This document shows positions 11,301 through 24,599 of a stretch of DNA of 64,000 nucleotides, one piece after another. The stretch comes from Lama guanicoe (taxonomy: Eukaryota), in contig MU053629.1 in assembly GCA_013239625.1 (NCBI GenBank), forward strand, positions 4,987,567-5,051,566, given 5' to 3'. The notes beneath the pieces are model-generated. The model was not told the DNA's origin, ran no database searches, and saw only the letters and a program-made list of their open reading frames with translations. Position 1 is the first letter of the stretch, and each line of letters opens with the position of its first letter. A program made the translations under genes and the position numbers.

Positions 11301-14300
11301 TTTTGTAGGATTTTTAGGTTTTTCTACATATAAATCATATTGTCTGTGAACATAGATTATTTTATGTCCTTTTGAATTAGGATGCCTTTTATTTCTTTTT
11401 CTTCCCTAATTGCTCTGGCTAGGACTTCTAGTATGTTGTTGAATAGAGAGTTACTTTGTTCCTGATCTTGTTGAAGAATGATGTTAGCTGTGGGTTTTTC
11501 ATATGTGGCCTTTATTATGTTGAGATAATTTCCTTCTAGTTTTAGTTTATTGAGTGCTTTTGTCATGAAGGGATATTGAATTTTGTCAGATACTTTTTCT
11601 GCTTCAAATGAGATGATGTGGTTTTTTTCATTGTATTACAGTTGTTACATTGATTAATTTTCATATTTTGAACCATCCTAGCATTTCGCTATAAACCCCA
11701 CTTGGTCATGGTATATAATTCTTTTCATACGCTGTTGAATTTGAAGAGTGGACATTCTTAATCTCCCTCTTTAGAGGGAAAGCATTTAGTCTTTTACCAG
11801 TGAGTATGACATTAGCTGTGAATTTTTTTCATAGATGCCCATTTTGTTGAATTTTTTTGATTACAAAATTGTGTTGGAATTTGTTTAAATGCTTTTTCCT
11901 CCATCTGTTGAGATGACTCTGGTTTTTGTTCTTTATTTCTTATGTTAATTGCTTTTCTTCTATTAAACAGTGTGGCTTTTGGATTTTGTCTGATTTTTGA
12001 TGACCTATCCTGTGTCCTAGATGAGTAAATTAAAAATTCCCTACATTTTCTATTTGACATTTGTGGGTTTTTTTCAATTAGTTCTTCATTTTATTTTTAT
12101 TTATATGAGAGAAGGCTCTTATTTTCTCAGACTGCTTTGAATGTTTTTTCCAGACCTTACTCTGTTCTCCTGATCTGTTTGTATATTTCCCCACTAACAT
12201 GAATTACTTAATTTTTTATTGTAATTAAAAATTTTGAATAGGTAATACATTTTTACTTAATACAAAAACCAAAAGTTACAAGAGTTTTTAATGAAAAGAA
12301 GTCCCTCTCCAACCTATATTTCAACTACCGGTGTTGCTTTCAGTTCCTTTTATGTCTTTCCAGAAGGTTGTCTGAGTCATATTTGCCTCATTCTTTTTTT
12401 AGCATCTACTTAGTATGCAATTGATTAGGCTGTGCTTTATTAAATATTCTCCTGTTGATTGACATTTAGTTTCCTGCTGTTAAAAACAGCATTACAGAAA
12501 TTGTTCTGTGATATGTATCACTGTGCACATGTCTAAATATATCCAATATTTTTATAAGATAAATTCCTAGAAGTAGAATGTATGTTTAAGATTTTGATAG
12601 ATGTTGCCAAATTTCTTTCCAGAGGCTTGTGTTAATTCATAATCCTAGTGGCAACGCAGAGTATTTTCTTCCCTATTCCTTCAGCAATACTGTGTGTTAT
12701 TAAACTTTTTGATCTTTTGAAATTATTAGGTGAGTATTTGTACCTCATGACTGTTTTAACTTCCATTTCTCTTGAGTGAGAATGAGGTTTATTTGTTTGA
12801 GATGGTTATATTTCTTTTTCTTTGAACTGTTTTTAAACTGTGCCCACTTAAAAATTGGTTCATTGAACTTTTCCTCTGATTTGCAGAATTAAGAAACTGC
12901 AGCTCTTTTCTAGTGTAATATCTTTTGACTTTATTTATGATTGGTGTTGGAAATTTGCATTCCATTACTTTTTATTGCTGTTTCATGGTGTATCTCATGG
13001 TGTGCATATGTCATAGTTTCTCTACCCTTTCACCTATTGAAGGGCATTTTGTTTTTTTCCAACTTTTGTCTATCACAAATAATGTTATTTTAAGCACACA
13101 CGTACAGCTTTCGTATGGACATAAGTTTCCTTTTTTCTGGGTGCATACCCAGTAGTGAGATTTCTGAATCATAAGTATAAGTGTGTGTTTAGTTTGTCTG
13201 AGAAAACAACTGACTATTTTCCAGAGTGTCTTCACCGTTTTACATTTTCAGTGGCAAAATATGAGATGCATCCTTGCCAGCATATTTGTTGTTGTCACTT
13301 TTTTATGAAATAAGTAGTGCTACCTCATTGTGTTCTAATTTGCATTTCCCTAATGGTTAATGATGTTGAACATCTTTCCATGTGTTTATTTGCCATCTCT
13401 GTAACCTCCTTGCTGAAATGTCTGTGCGTGTCTTTCATGTTTTTTATTGTATCGTTTTGAATTTTGAGAGTTGCTTTATATATTTTAGATACTAGTCCCT
13501 AGATACATGATTTGCAAATATTTTCTTCCAGTCCGTAGCTTGTGTTTTTTTTTCTGAAAACATTTGATGTTGAAATAATTATAGATTCATAGGAAGTTGC
13601 AAAGAAGTGTACAGGAAGTAACATCCTGTGTACACTTCACCCAGCCTCCCTCATTGTTAGCATCTTTCCTAGCTATAGTGCAGTATCATAACCAGGAAAT
13701 TAACACTGGTAATTTCACAGGGCTTATTCAAATTATATTCAAATAATATATATTTACATTATATATAAAGTTATTTATGCACTCATTTGTGTATGTATAT
13801 AGCTCTGTAGTTTTATCACATGGTAGCCTCATGTAACCACGACCACAATCAAGATATTTAACTTTACTAACTCCCCGATACTACCTCTTGCTACTCTTTC
13901 ATAGCCTCCCTTACCCTCCTCCTCCATCTCTAGTCCCTGACAACCACTAATCAGTTCTCTGTCTCAAAATTGTTATTTCACCGGTGTTACATAAAAGGAA
14001 TCATGCCTTATACACCCTTTGAAGATCGGCTTTGTTTCACTCAACATAATTTCTTTGAGGTTCATTCAAGTTTTGTGTATCAGTAATTCTTTTTTATTGC
14101 TGAGAAGTCTTCCATTGTATGATATACTACCATTTATTTAACCATTTTATGCACTGAAGGATATTTAGATAGTTTTCAGTGTTTGGCTCTTATGAATAAA
14201 GTTGCTATGACCATTCATATGCAAGTTTTCTGTGTGAAAGTTAAGTTTTCATTTCTCTGAGATAAATGCCCAAGTGTTCAATTGCTGTGCCATATGGTTA

Positions 14301-16690
14301 AGTTCATCTTTAGCTTTAAAAGAAACTGCAGGATTATTTTTCGCAATGACTATACCATTTTGCATTTCTACTGGCCGTGCAGAAGTGATCTAGTTTCTCT
14401 GCATCCTTGCCAGCATTTGGTGTTATTATTTTTTTTGTTTCAACCATTCTGATAGATGTGCAGTGATATCTCTTCATGGTTTTAATTTGCATTGCCTTAA
14501 TAGTTAATAATATTGAACATCTTATTTACTTACTTGCCATCCAAATATTCTGTTTAGTGAATTTTCTCTTCATTTCTTTTGTCCACTTTCTAATTGGAGT
14601 GTTTGGTTGGTTTTTTGGGTTTTTTTTTTAACTATTGAGTTTTCAGAGTTCTTTATGTATTCTAGATACTAGTCCTTTGTTGGGTATGTAGTTTGCAAAT
14701 ATTTTCTCTAATTCTGTAGTGGTTTTTTTAGTCCTCTTAATAGGGTACTGTGCAAAGCAAAATTAAATTTTTTTTCCTTTGTAGATCGTGCTTTTGATGT
14801 CAAGTCTGAGAACTCTTTGCCCAACCCTAGATGGAAAAGATTTTCTGCTGTGGTTTTTTTTCTTAAAGGTTTATATTTTTATGTTTTACATTTAGATCTA
14901 TGACCCAGTTATTGTTACCTTTTATATAAGGTGAGGTTTAGGTTGAGGTTCATTAAAAGATGTCTGATTACTGCCATACCATTTGTTTAAAAAGGCTTTC
15001 CTTCCTCCGTTGAGTTTTTCACCATTGTCAAAAATCAGTTGTCCATACTTGTATGAGTCTATTTCCGGGTCCTTTGTTCTGTTCCACTGATCTGTGGTCT
15101 GTCTCCCACTTACATCACATGATCTGGATTACTGTAGCTGTATAATGTTTTAAAATTGAGTAAAGTCATTTCTTTAATTTTATTCTTTGGTGTAAATATT
15201 CTTATAACTAATATAGTTTGCCTTTCCACACAGATTTTAAAACTATCGTGTCTGTCTCAACAAAAAAAATCTACTGGGATTGATACTAAATGAATTAAAC
15301 CTGCATTTCAATTTAGGGACAACTAACAGTTTTTCTATGTTGAGTCTTCCAATATATGAACATGGTATGTCTTTCCATTTATTTTTCATCCTTGATTTAG
15401 TTCATCAGCATTTTGTAATTTTTGGTATACAAGTCTTGTACTTGTTTATTAAAGCTATACCTAAGTGTTTCACTTTTTTGAGTGATTGTGGATGTTACTG
15501 AATTTTAAATTTTGATTTTCATGTGTTCATTGCTAGTATATAGAGGTAGAATTGATTTTTTTGTTATTGTTGACTTTTATAGCTTGTGACCTTGCTGAAC
15601 TCACTTCTTAGTTCTAGAAAGTCTTCTGTAAATCTTTTGGAATTTTCTGCATAGACTACAATGTCGTCTGCAAATAGGGACAGTTTTATTTCTTCTTTTA
15701 CCATCTTACATGCCACTCATATACTTGCCTTGCTTTATTACACTGATTGGGATTCCATTACAGTGTTGAATAGTAGTGGTGAAAATAACCATCCTTTCTT
15801 TGTTTTTAATCCTAGGCAAAAGTCTCAAGAGAAATTGATTTTTCAATTTCTCCTGCTTTCAGACTTTTCCCCGTAAATTCTACTTTGTTTTGTGTTGTTA
15901 TTTTTTTTTAAGTTTCCTTTTTGTTAGCATTTGCCTGATAGAAACTTTGTTCTTTGGGATTTTTCTTTCCAACTTTTTGTGGCATTTTATTTTAGAATGT
16001 TCTGTGTGTTTTAAATAACAGCTTTATTGATATATAACTTATATAACATAAAATTTACCCTTTTAAAGTGTACAATTTATTGGTTTTAGTATATTCAGAG
16101 TTGTGCAACCATTACCATGGTCAGTGTTAGAACATTTTCATCATCCCGAGAAGAGACCATGTACTCATTATCATTCACTCTCCAGTCCCAGCTCACCAGC
16201 CCCTGGAACTACTAATGCAATTTCTGTCTTTATGGATTTCCCTATTCTGGATAACATTTTCAGGGTTTATCCATGTTACAGCATGTATCAGTACTCATTC
16301 CTTTTTATAGCAAAATAATATTCCATTGTATGGATATACCACATTTTAAAAATCCATCAGTTGATGGACATTAGGTTGTTTCCACTTTTTCACTATTTTG
16401 AATAATGCTTATGAATATTTATTTTATGTACAAGTTTTTGTATGGATGTATGTTCTCAGTTCTCTTGATTATATACCTTGGAATGAAATTACTGGGTCTC
16501 ATGGTAACTCTGTGTCTAACCTTTGAAGAACTGCCAGACTGTTTTCCAAAGGAACTGTACCATTTTGCACTCTCACCAGTAACATATGAGGGTTCCTGTT
16601 TCTCCACATCCTTGCCAGCACTGATTATTGTCTTTTTGATTATAAGCCAACCTAGTGGGTATGAAGTGGTATCTCATTGTGGCAGGTTTC
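8400..16690 (-). mobile_element. Cluster of nested/stacked antisense L1 fragments (3' ends begin near 9085, 9455, 13560, 16010; ORF2 remnants ~10100-11930 and ~14400-15830)
   Basis: ORF2-like translations on the - strand: [82 protein letters not shown]. Several separate L1M 3' UTR starts. Confidence 0.85.
8484..8528. repeat. (TTTTC)n pentanucleotide repeat
   Basis: Directly visible. Confidence 0.95.
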
Positions 16691-17577
16691 TCTCTTATAA
16701 ATAGCAAGCATCTAGCTGGCTTTTAAGAAAACTCACTCTGAAAATGTAACATATTCTTACATTTATGTTATCACTGTTACATTTGGTCTTTGTTTCCTTT
16801 TGTCATTTTATTTTTCTTTCCTGACCTCTGTGAGATGAATTTTGCTTTCTTTATTTTCCTTTCATTTTCTAGTGATTTGGGAATTCTACCTTCTATTTCT
16901 GTTCTATAAGTAGTTACTATTTAAAATTTACCAAGCACATTTAAGCCTAAATTTTCTTACCGCCATCATTAATTTTTCATGTAATCATTGTGCCTTGCCT
17001 CTTTCCCCCTTCATTAGTGTATTCATTGGTTGATTTTATCAGAAATATGTTGGTGGCTATTTCCTCAAAATTTATGTTAACAAAGCTTACATAAGAATCA
17101 TTGACAGAAGAAACATACTCCCTCATGCATGATGAGAGTCAAAATCTTAATAGACTCAATAATTATGGTTATGAAAGACTTGCTGTCAAACGGAGAAATA
17201 TACATTCACTTTAGTACTTTATTTCAGATTATTTTGGGAAGTCTGTAGAGTCCACAAGCTAGATGTCAGTCATTCAACTCAAGATAGATGGGGTGGGCTA
17301 AGAAAATCTGAGGAATACATTGTGAATTGAGTTAAAGCTCCACCAAGAGAGTGCAACTATAACAATATTTAATGTGTCAAATTGTAATTTTTTCCATTTA
17401 GCAGATTAGGAAATTCATGTTTTCAAGTTCACTTAGGATGTGAATTGTTAACGTTCTTTTTAATAGAAATGATACATCATTCTTTAACAGATGGCCTTGA
17501 TGCTATAGCTTCTATTTCTACTTAAGGTTGAAGTTTCTCTAGAATTCATCCCATGGTTAAGATAAAGTAAACCAGGC

Positions 17578-17708
17578 AGGGAGGGTGTATATCTCAAGTG
17601 GTAGAGCATGTGCTTAGCCTGCACGGGGTCATGGGTTCAATCCCCAGTACCTCCATTTAAAAAAATGATTAAATAAACCTAATTACTTCCCCCACCAAAA
17701 AAATGTTT
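17578..17708 (+). mobile_element. tRNA-Ala-derived SINE (camelid vic-1-like)
   Basis: gggagggtgtatatctcaagtggtagagcatgtgcttagc...gggttcaatccccagtacctcc followed by aataaacctaattac tail. TSD ataaagtaaaccaggc (17562-17577) / ataaagagaaccaggc (17709-17724). Confidence 0.9.
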
Positions 17709-20499
17709 ATAAAGAGAACCAGGCCATATATATATATTTTTAATTAGAAACAGTACTTTATTTTCTTTCTCATTTTTCAAAATTGAAGTATAGTCATTTT
17801 ATAATGTGTTAATTGAAACGTGCTGTACACCAGAAATTATCATATGTATGTATTTGTTATTCATGTGTTTGTGTATAATTTGCTTATGCTTATGTAGTTT
17901 ATGGTTTGATTTTGAAGTGAGTTTAAAGCCAAGATGATAATGTATGTGATGGGTTTTTTTCCTATTAATTCTCACTTTCTCATCATAAGATTTCAGTTTG
18001 CTAAATGAGACTTTTTGGAGGAGAATGACACTTAACTTAGTGTGACTAGAATTAAAATGCTGGAGCTTTTACTGCCTAACGAGTAATCTATATCAGCCTT
18101 TCTAAGTCTGCAGTTTCCTTCTACTTTGCTCCCCAATCTAGTATTTCACCTCTAGCTTTACCTCCATTATGTTTTTAAAGTAACTTCTGAAATGTTTTTT
18201 AACTTTGTATGAAATGAAATTATAATTCTTAATGATAGTAATTTGTTGTATCTCTTCTTACCTTACATATATGAGATTTTCTATATAAAATTAGAGGATA
18301 GACACTAATTTTTTTAATACCTAAGCAATCATCTCACACAATTAAACATTTCACCCTTTAAAAAATGACAATTATTAGTCTAATTCATTTCTTCAACTGA
18401 GGGTCAATGCAAAGCATACTTCTGCATGGCATATTATAGTTTAGATATTGATTCAATTAAAGGTGATTCTTATTTTTCCAGTTGTTTTTTTATACTCTAG
18501 TTTGCATATACATGCATTTGCATGCATAAATATGTGTGTGTAAAGACAGAGTATATTCACTTGCACCCAGAGTTGGAGAGAGGAAAAGAAAGATATGAGA
18601 ATGTGTATGTTAGAGATATTAAGCCATTTGCATCCCCTTTTCTTCCTCATCAAGGCTAAAAATGATGGTTAAACACCTATCTCTGTGCCCATGAGGAAAA
18701 TACCCTTTGATTTTAGACCTTATAGATTTTCTGAATGGAAGGTTTTGTGGTACAGAAGGTGAACTGGAGGAGCAGGAAGAAAATACTCTCTTACCTTGGT
18801 GCAAAACTGGCCCAGGCCAAATTTCAGTGGGAAGTTGTCTTTGGCATCTTCCTATTTGTCTGTCTTCATGCTTCTGCCGCTTCCTTCTGCCTGCTTCTTA
18901 GGCGTCTAGTGCCTTTAGCTCCTTACTGTGGCATTTTTTTCCAGGCCTTTAGATGCACCTCTTACTAGCCTTCACAAAACTCCTCCGTTTTCTTTCCAAT
19001 GTCTGTAAAATAAGAAAACAGTCTGATCTGTAGAGTGAAGGGAGTTGGTTCTAAAAGTCAATGTAGTAACCTGACTGCTGAGAATTCCTGAAATTCTTCA
19101 GTTACAATAGTGTACCATGTGTAAATAGATACATAGCACAGTAAGGTTTCCTCCAGCATTGGGTCAGATTCCTGGTTTTTTCTTGTTGTTGTTGTTGAAC
19201 ATAGATGAAGTTGGCTTACGTTTAGGGTCATGTTGTGTGAAAAATCATTAGTGAGCATGGTAAGATGCTCTTGTTAGGAGAGGAGCAGAGAAACAGACTG
19301 ATCAAGTGAATCACACTCTTCTCACCCGGGGACTGTGGTCAAACAGAATTTCTGGCATTATTTATGATTATTAGGCACCATAGAGGAAAGGTGGCTTTGA
19401 GCAAGGAGCTAAATCCTAGAAGCTCACTTTTGCTTGACCATTCTTCTGGGTCAGTTCCATTAGATTAATCTTGATACTCATTTCTGCTTTTTAACCTATA
19501 GTTTCTCTGCTTAGAGATGGGAGTTCAAGATGGTAATAGCTATTTGCACATGCTTCTGTAATTTAAATATTTGTCAAGAATTATCCATTAACTTAAAACT
19601 GTTTTCCCTCTGATCACTATTCGTAACAAGTATGCTTGGGTATGGGTTCACTTGCCACCACCTTCACCTCATGAGTCCTCTTAATCCTTATCAGAAGGAA
19701 ATTCCATTTCTTCCTGCAGGGAAGTAAACATAATAGTTTATAAGACTGAGTTCTCTTAAGTAGTATACTTCAAGAGCATAAATCAGTATTTACCAAAATG
19801 CCTGGACTTTCTAGTTAGTCTGTTGTAAATACGAAATCAGTTATGGGTAATTGTTCTTAAATCCCTAATATTTATATTAGGTAGTTATAGTTTTTGGAGC
19901 CTTTTCTGGGCTCATGAATTTAGGTTGCTCCTCAAATGTTAATATTTTACCCTTATACTTCACTTAAGAAAGAAAGGATAGCATAAATGGATTTGAAAAT
20001 GGCTGTTAAACTATATCCAAATGCAATTATACAACTAATAGTAATATGATGACAAAAAAGGGTCAACATTTATAAACCAGAAGAAAATTCACGGTAAATA
20101 CTTAATGCTTACTCAGCTAGAGAAAATGACACATTTAAGAAAAACCTAAGTGCCTAGTCATTGTGTTTCAGTCTGTACTACCAGGTAGTTACTGAAACAC
20201 TAAAGTAATTTTCCTTTCTAGTCTAGAGTTGTAATATAGCTAGAAACTTCTAGCTCCTTTTATACAAGAACTCTCATACAAGAAAATTACTAGAAAATCA
20301 GTTGTGAGGAATTGTTAGAATTGAGTTCAGCATGAGAGCTAATTAAAAGTTACTGTAAAAAAAAATCAGTATTCTTTTTTACTGCGAATGATAGAGAATC
20401 CACCCAAAACTGGCATAAATGTAAAAGCTAATCCATTACTTTATACAACCAAAGAATAAGAGGTGTGATGCTGAGCTCAGCGAGCATCACCATGATCCT

Positions 20500-21134
20500 T
20501 CTCTTGACCCTCTGCTTAATTCCATGAACAAGTCTTCTGTAGTCTCCATCCCCGATTCCTCAGTTTTTCATTCTCCTGTAAATCTATTCCACTCATGCTA
20601 TTATTCCAGTCACTCCACTGAAACTTGCCCTGTCAGGAGGATCTGTGATGCCAAAGCCCATGGTGCGTTCTCAGTCCCCTGCTTACTTGATCTGTTAGCA
20701 GCATTTGACACAGCTAGTCGGGTGCTACTTGCAGGTTCCAGTCACTGGACAAAATAGTCCAGGGCACTATTCTCTCTCTTCGATTTTCCTTCTGTCTCAC
20801 TGGTCATTTCTTCTTACACTTCTTTTCTTGTTCCTCTTCTTCTCCCAGACCTCTTTTCTGTCTATACTTCCTTCCTTGGTGATTTTATCTAGTCTCAAGT
20901 CTTTAAATAGTAACTAAACATTAATGACCCTGAATTTATATCTCTAGCCAAGTCCTCTGAGTTCCAGAGTCTCATCAACCTGTCTATATAAAATCACTGT
21001 TTAGATGTGTATCTCAAACTTAATTTGTCCAGAAGTGAATTTTTGTTCTCTCTTCCAAAACAAATTCTACCCACAGTCATTGTCTTGGTTAAGGGCATCT
21101 TCCGTCTGTCTAGTTGCTCAAGCTAAGAATCTTT
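20500..21134 (+). mobile_element. L2 fragment (5' part; continues at 23770)
   Basis: cactccactgaaactt...cttgatctgttagcagcatttgacacagct...ctgaatttatatctctagcc...gttgctcaagc are L2 3'-region hallmarks. Confidence 0.8.
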
Positions 21135-23769
21135 TTTTCTTTTTCAGTAATTTAAAAAGATTTCTAAACCATTTAAAATTTATTTATGTATTTATTTTAT
21201 AATATCATATTTTAAAAATTGAAGTATAGTTGATGTACAATATTATGTTTCGGGTATACAGTATAGTGACTCACAAAGTTTTAAAGGTTATACTCTATTT
21301 ATAGTTCTATTATTATAAAATATTGTCTACATTCCCCATGTTGTACAATATATCCCTGTAGGTTATTTTATACTTGATAGTTTGTACCTCTCCCCCCTCT
21401 CTCTCCATCTTGCCCCTCCCCCTCTCTCTCCCCACTGGTAACCACTAGTTCCTTCTCTACATCTGTGAGTCTGTTTCTTTTCTGTTACATTCACTGGTTT
21501 GTTGTATTATTTTTTTTAGATTCCACATGTAAGTGATATCTTACAGTATTTGTCTTTGTCTGATTTATTCCACTTAGCATAATGCCCTCCAAGTCCACCA
21601 CTGTATACCATAATACAGCATTTTAAATCAACTGTATTTCCATTAAAACAACCAACCAACCAACCAACCCATTTAAAATATGGGCAGAAGAACTGAACAG
21701 ACATTTTTCCAAAGGAGGAAATGCAGATGGCCCACAGGAACATGAAAAGTTGTTCAACATCACTAATAGCAGGGAAATGCAAATCCAAATCACAATGAGA
21801 TATTATCTCACACCTGTCAGAATGGCCATCATCAAAAAGGACACAAATAAATGTTGGCAGGGATATGGAGAAAAGGGAACCCTTGTACACTGTTGGTGGG
21901 AATGTAAATTGGTGCAGCCACTGTGGAAAACAATATGGAAGTTTCTCAAAAACCTAAAATTAGAACCACCATATGGCCCAGCAGTTCCACTTCTGGGCAT
22001 ATATCTGAGAAAAACAAAAACATTAATTCAAAAAGATACATACACCCGCTATTAACAGCAACATTATTTATAATTGCCAAGATATGAAAGCATCCTAAGT
22101 GCACATCAGTAGATGAATGGATAAAGAAAATGTACATATATATGAAACGGAATACAGCTCACCCATAAAAAGGATATTTTGCCATTTGTGGCCCTTTACT
22201 CACTTTTTTTTTCACTTCAAAAACCAGAATTTTATAACTGACATAAACATTCCCATTACATCAAAAACAACAAAATACCTAGAAATAAACTTAACCAAGG
22301 AGGTTACCTATACTCTGAAAACTGTAAAACATTGATAGAGGAAATTGAAGATGATACAAAGAAATGGAAAGGTATCTTGTGCTCTTGGATTGGAAGAATC
22401 AATATTATCGAAACAGATCCAGTGTAACCCCTGTCAAAATACTCATGACACTTTTCACAAAACTAGAATAGTTTATATGGAACCATAAAAGACCCCGAAT
22501 TGCCAAAGCAACCTTTGGTAGGTCTTTTTTTTTCTCTTTCTTCTTTTTGTTCTCTTTTCTTGTGGTTTGATGACTAGGGAAGTTCCTTTAACATTTGTTG
22601 CAAAGCTGGCTTGGTGGTGCTGAATTCTTTTAGCTTTTGTTTACCTGTGAAGCTTTTGATTGTTCCATCAAATCTGAACGAGAGCTTTGCTGGATAGGGT
22701 ATTCTTGGTTGTATGTTTTTCCCTTTCATCACTTTAAATATGTCACACCACTCCCTTCTGGCCTGTAGGATTTCTGTTGAAAAATCAGCTGATAACCTTA
22801 TGGGAGTTCCCTTGTATGTTATTTGTTGCTTTTCTCTTGCTAATTTTAATATTTTCTACTTATCCTTAATTTGTGTCAGTTTGATGACTGTATGCCTTGG
22901 TGTGTTCCTCTTTGGGTTGATCCTGTGTGGAACACACTGTGCTTCTTGGACTTGGGTGACTGTTTCCTTTCGCAAGTTGGAGAAGTTTTTAGTTATCGCT
23001 TCAGAAATTTTCTCAGGTTCTTTCTCTTCTCTTTCTGGGACCTCTATAATGTAAGTGTTGGTGTGCTTCATGTTGTCCTAGAGTTCTCTTAAACTATCCT
23101 CATGTCTTTTCATTCTTTTTTCTGTTCTGCTAATCTGTCTTCTAGCTCACTGATCCATTCTTCTGCCTCATTTAGTCTATTCTTGGTTCCGTCCAGTGTG
23201 TTATTCATTTCAGTGATTTTATTCTTCAACTCTGGGTATTCTTTATATTTTCCAACTCTTTGCTAAAAACTTTGCTCTCTGCATCTATACTCCTCTTGAG
23301 TTCTCTGAACACCTTCGCCATCATTACTTTAAACTCTTTCTCAGATAAATTGCTTATCTTCTCATCACTTATTTCTTCTTCTGGGATTTTATGTTGTGCC
23401 TTGGCCTGGAAGATATTCTTCTGCCACTTCATATTGTCTATCTTTCTATTTGTATTTTTAGGTAGGTTAGTTACGTTTCTTAACATTGGAGAAGTGGCCT
23501 TCTGTTGGAGACATCTTGTGTGTCCCAGCAGTACACTCCTCTCTTGTCACCCAAGGGCCAGGGTCCAGCTGGTCCTAGTGTAGAGTCTGGCCTGTGTGGA
23601 TTCCTTCCACAGGCTTTGAGATTGTTATTTTCTTTTTTCTGGTATCTGCCCCCTGCTGGATGAGGCTGGATTAGAGGCTTATGCAGGTTTCTTGACAGGA
23701 TGAGTCAGTGCTTGCCCACTGCTGGGTGAAGCTTGGTCCTGGACCTCTGGTGGGTAGGGCCGTGTCTCC
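21135..23769. mobile_element. Rearranged L1 insertion: 3' end (-) 21135-21600, ORF2 pieces (+) 21600-22515, ORF1/5' region (-) 22515-23769
   Basis: ORF2 C-terminus [21 protein letters not shown]...[14 protein letters not shown] on +. ORF1-like VQEAQCVPHRINPKRNTPRHTVIKL and LSEKEFKVMMAK on -. Flanked by caagctaagaatcttt / caagccaaaatcttt. Confidence 0.88.
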
Positions 23770-24585
23770 AAGCCAAAATCTTTAGAGCCATCCTGGATTC
23801 TTCTTTTTTTATTATGTCCCAATCTAATTAGTTAGGAAATTCTGTTGACTCTATCTTTAAAATATATTCAGAATCTGACCATTTCTCATAACCTTCACTG
23901 CCACTACCCTGATCTGAGCCACTGCCATCTCTTACCTGGATTATTGTGTTGATCACTACTTCTACTTTTGCCTCCTTTACAATATTTTCAACTTAGCAGC
24001 CAGAGTGATTCTTTTAAATGATTCTTTTAATCATGTTTCTTCTCTGTTTAAAGCTCTCCACTGGCCCCTCATGTGACTCAGCGTAAAATCCAAAATCCTT
24101 GTGATCTAGCTCTGTCTTGTCTTTACCCATTCGATATCACCATTTACTGGTGTTCTTTAACTTTGCCCTCACCACTGTGGCTTTCTTGCTGTTCTTTGGA
24201 TACACTGTATGCTGTATGCTCTTATATTGGGGCCTTGGCGTGGGTATTTACCTCTTCCCAAGGTACTCACGTGACGATCTCCTTCACCTCCTTCAAGTCA
24301 AGATATTAATATTTTTTTAAAAGACTTACCCAGACTACCCTATTTAAAATTCCACTTCATTCTTTCTAATCCCTATTACTCTGCACTATTTTTTCCATAA
24401 TGTTTATCACTTTCTCACATACTTTTTATTTATTGTGATATCATTTATTATCTTTCTTTTGCCATTGAAAAGTAGGTGCCATAAGGGCAGAGGTTTTTGG
24501 TTTCTTCTTCATTGATTATCCCAAGCACCTAGAATAATGTCTTACATGTATTAGGTGCTCAATAAATATTTATTGAGTGACTGTT
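23770..24585 (+). mobile_element. L2 3' terminal part
   Basis: ccactaccctgatctgagccactgccatctcttacctggattattg...taggtgctcaataaatatttattgagtga is the canonical L2 3' end. Confidence 0.85.
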
Positions 24586-24599
24586 TGTATAGCAAATCT

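Noticed and set aside
18795..19260. Short resemblances of the antisense block translations to known peptide hormones (FFTQxD as in avian motilin, HxGKK as in GRP/NMB, NFPLKFG as in LPXRF-amides, GCK as in somatostatin)
   Set aside because: Each match is only 3-6 residues, they fall in different frames and point to different families. No family assignment is justified without a search.
21516..23583. Several 100-124-aa ORFs on both strands
   Set aside because: All lie within L1 ORF1/ORF2 remnants or their antisense frames.
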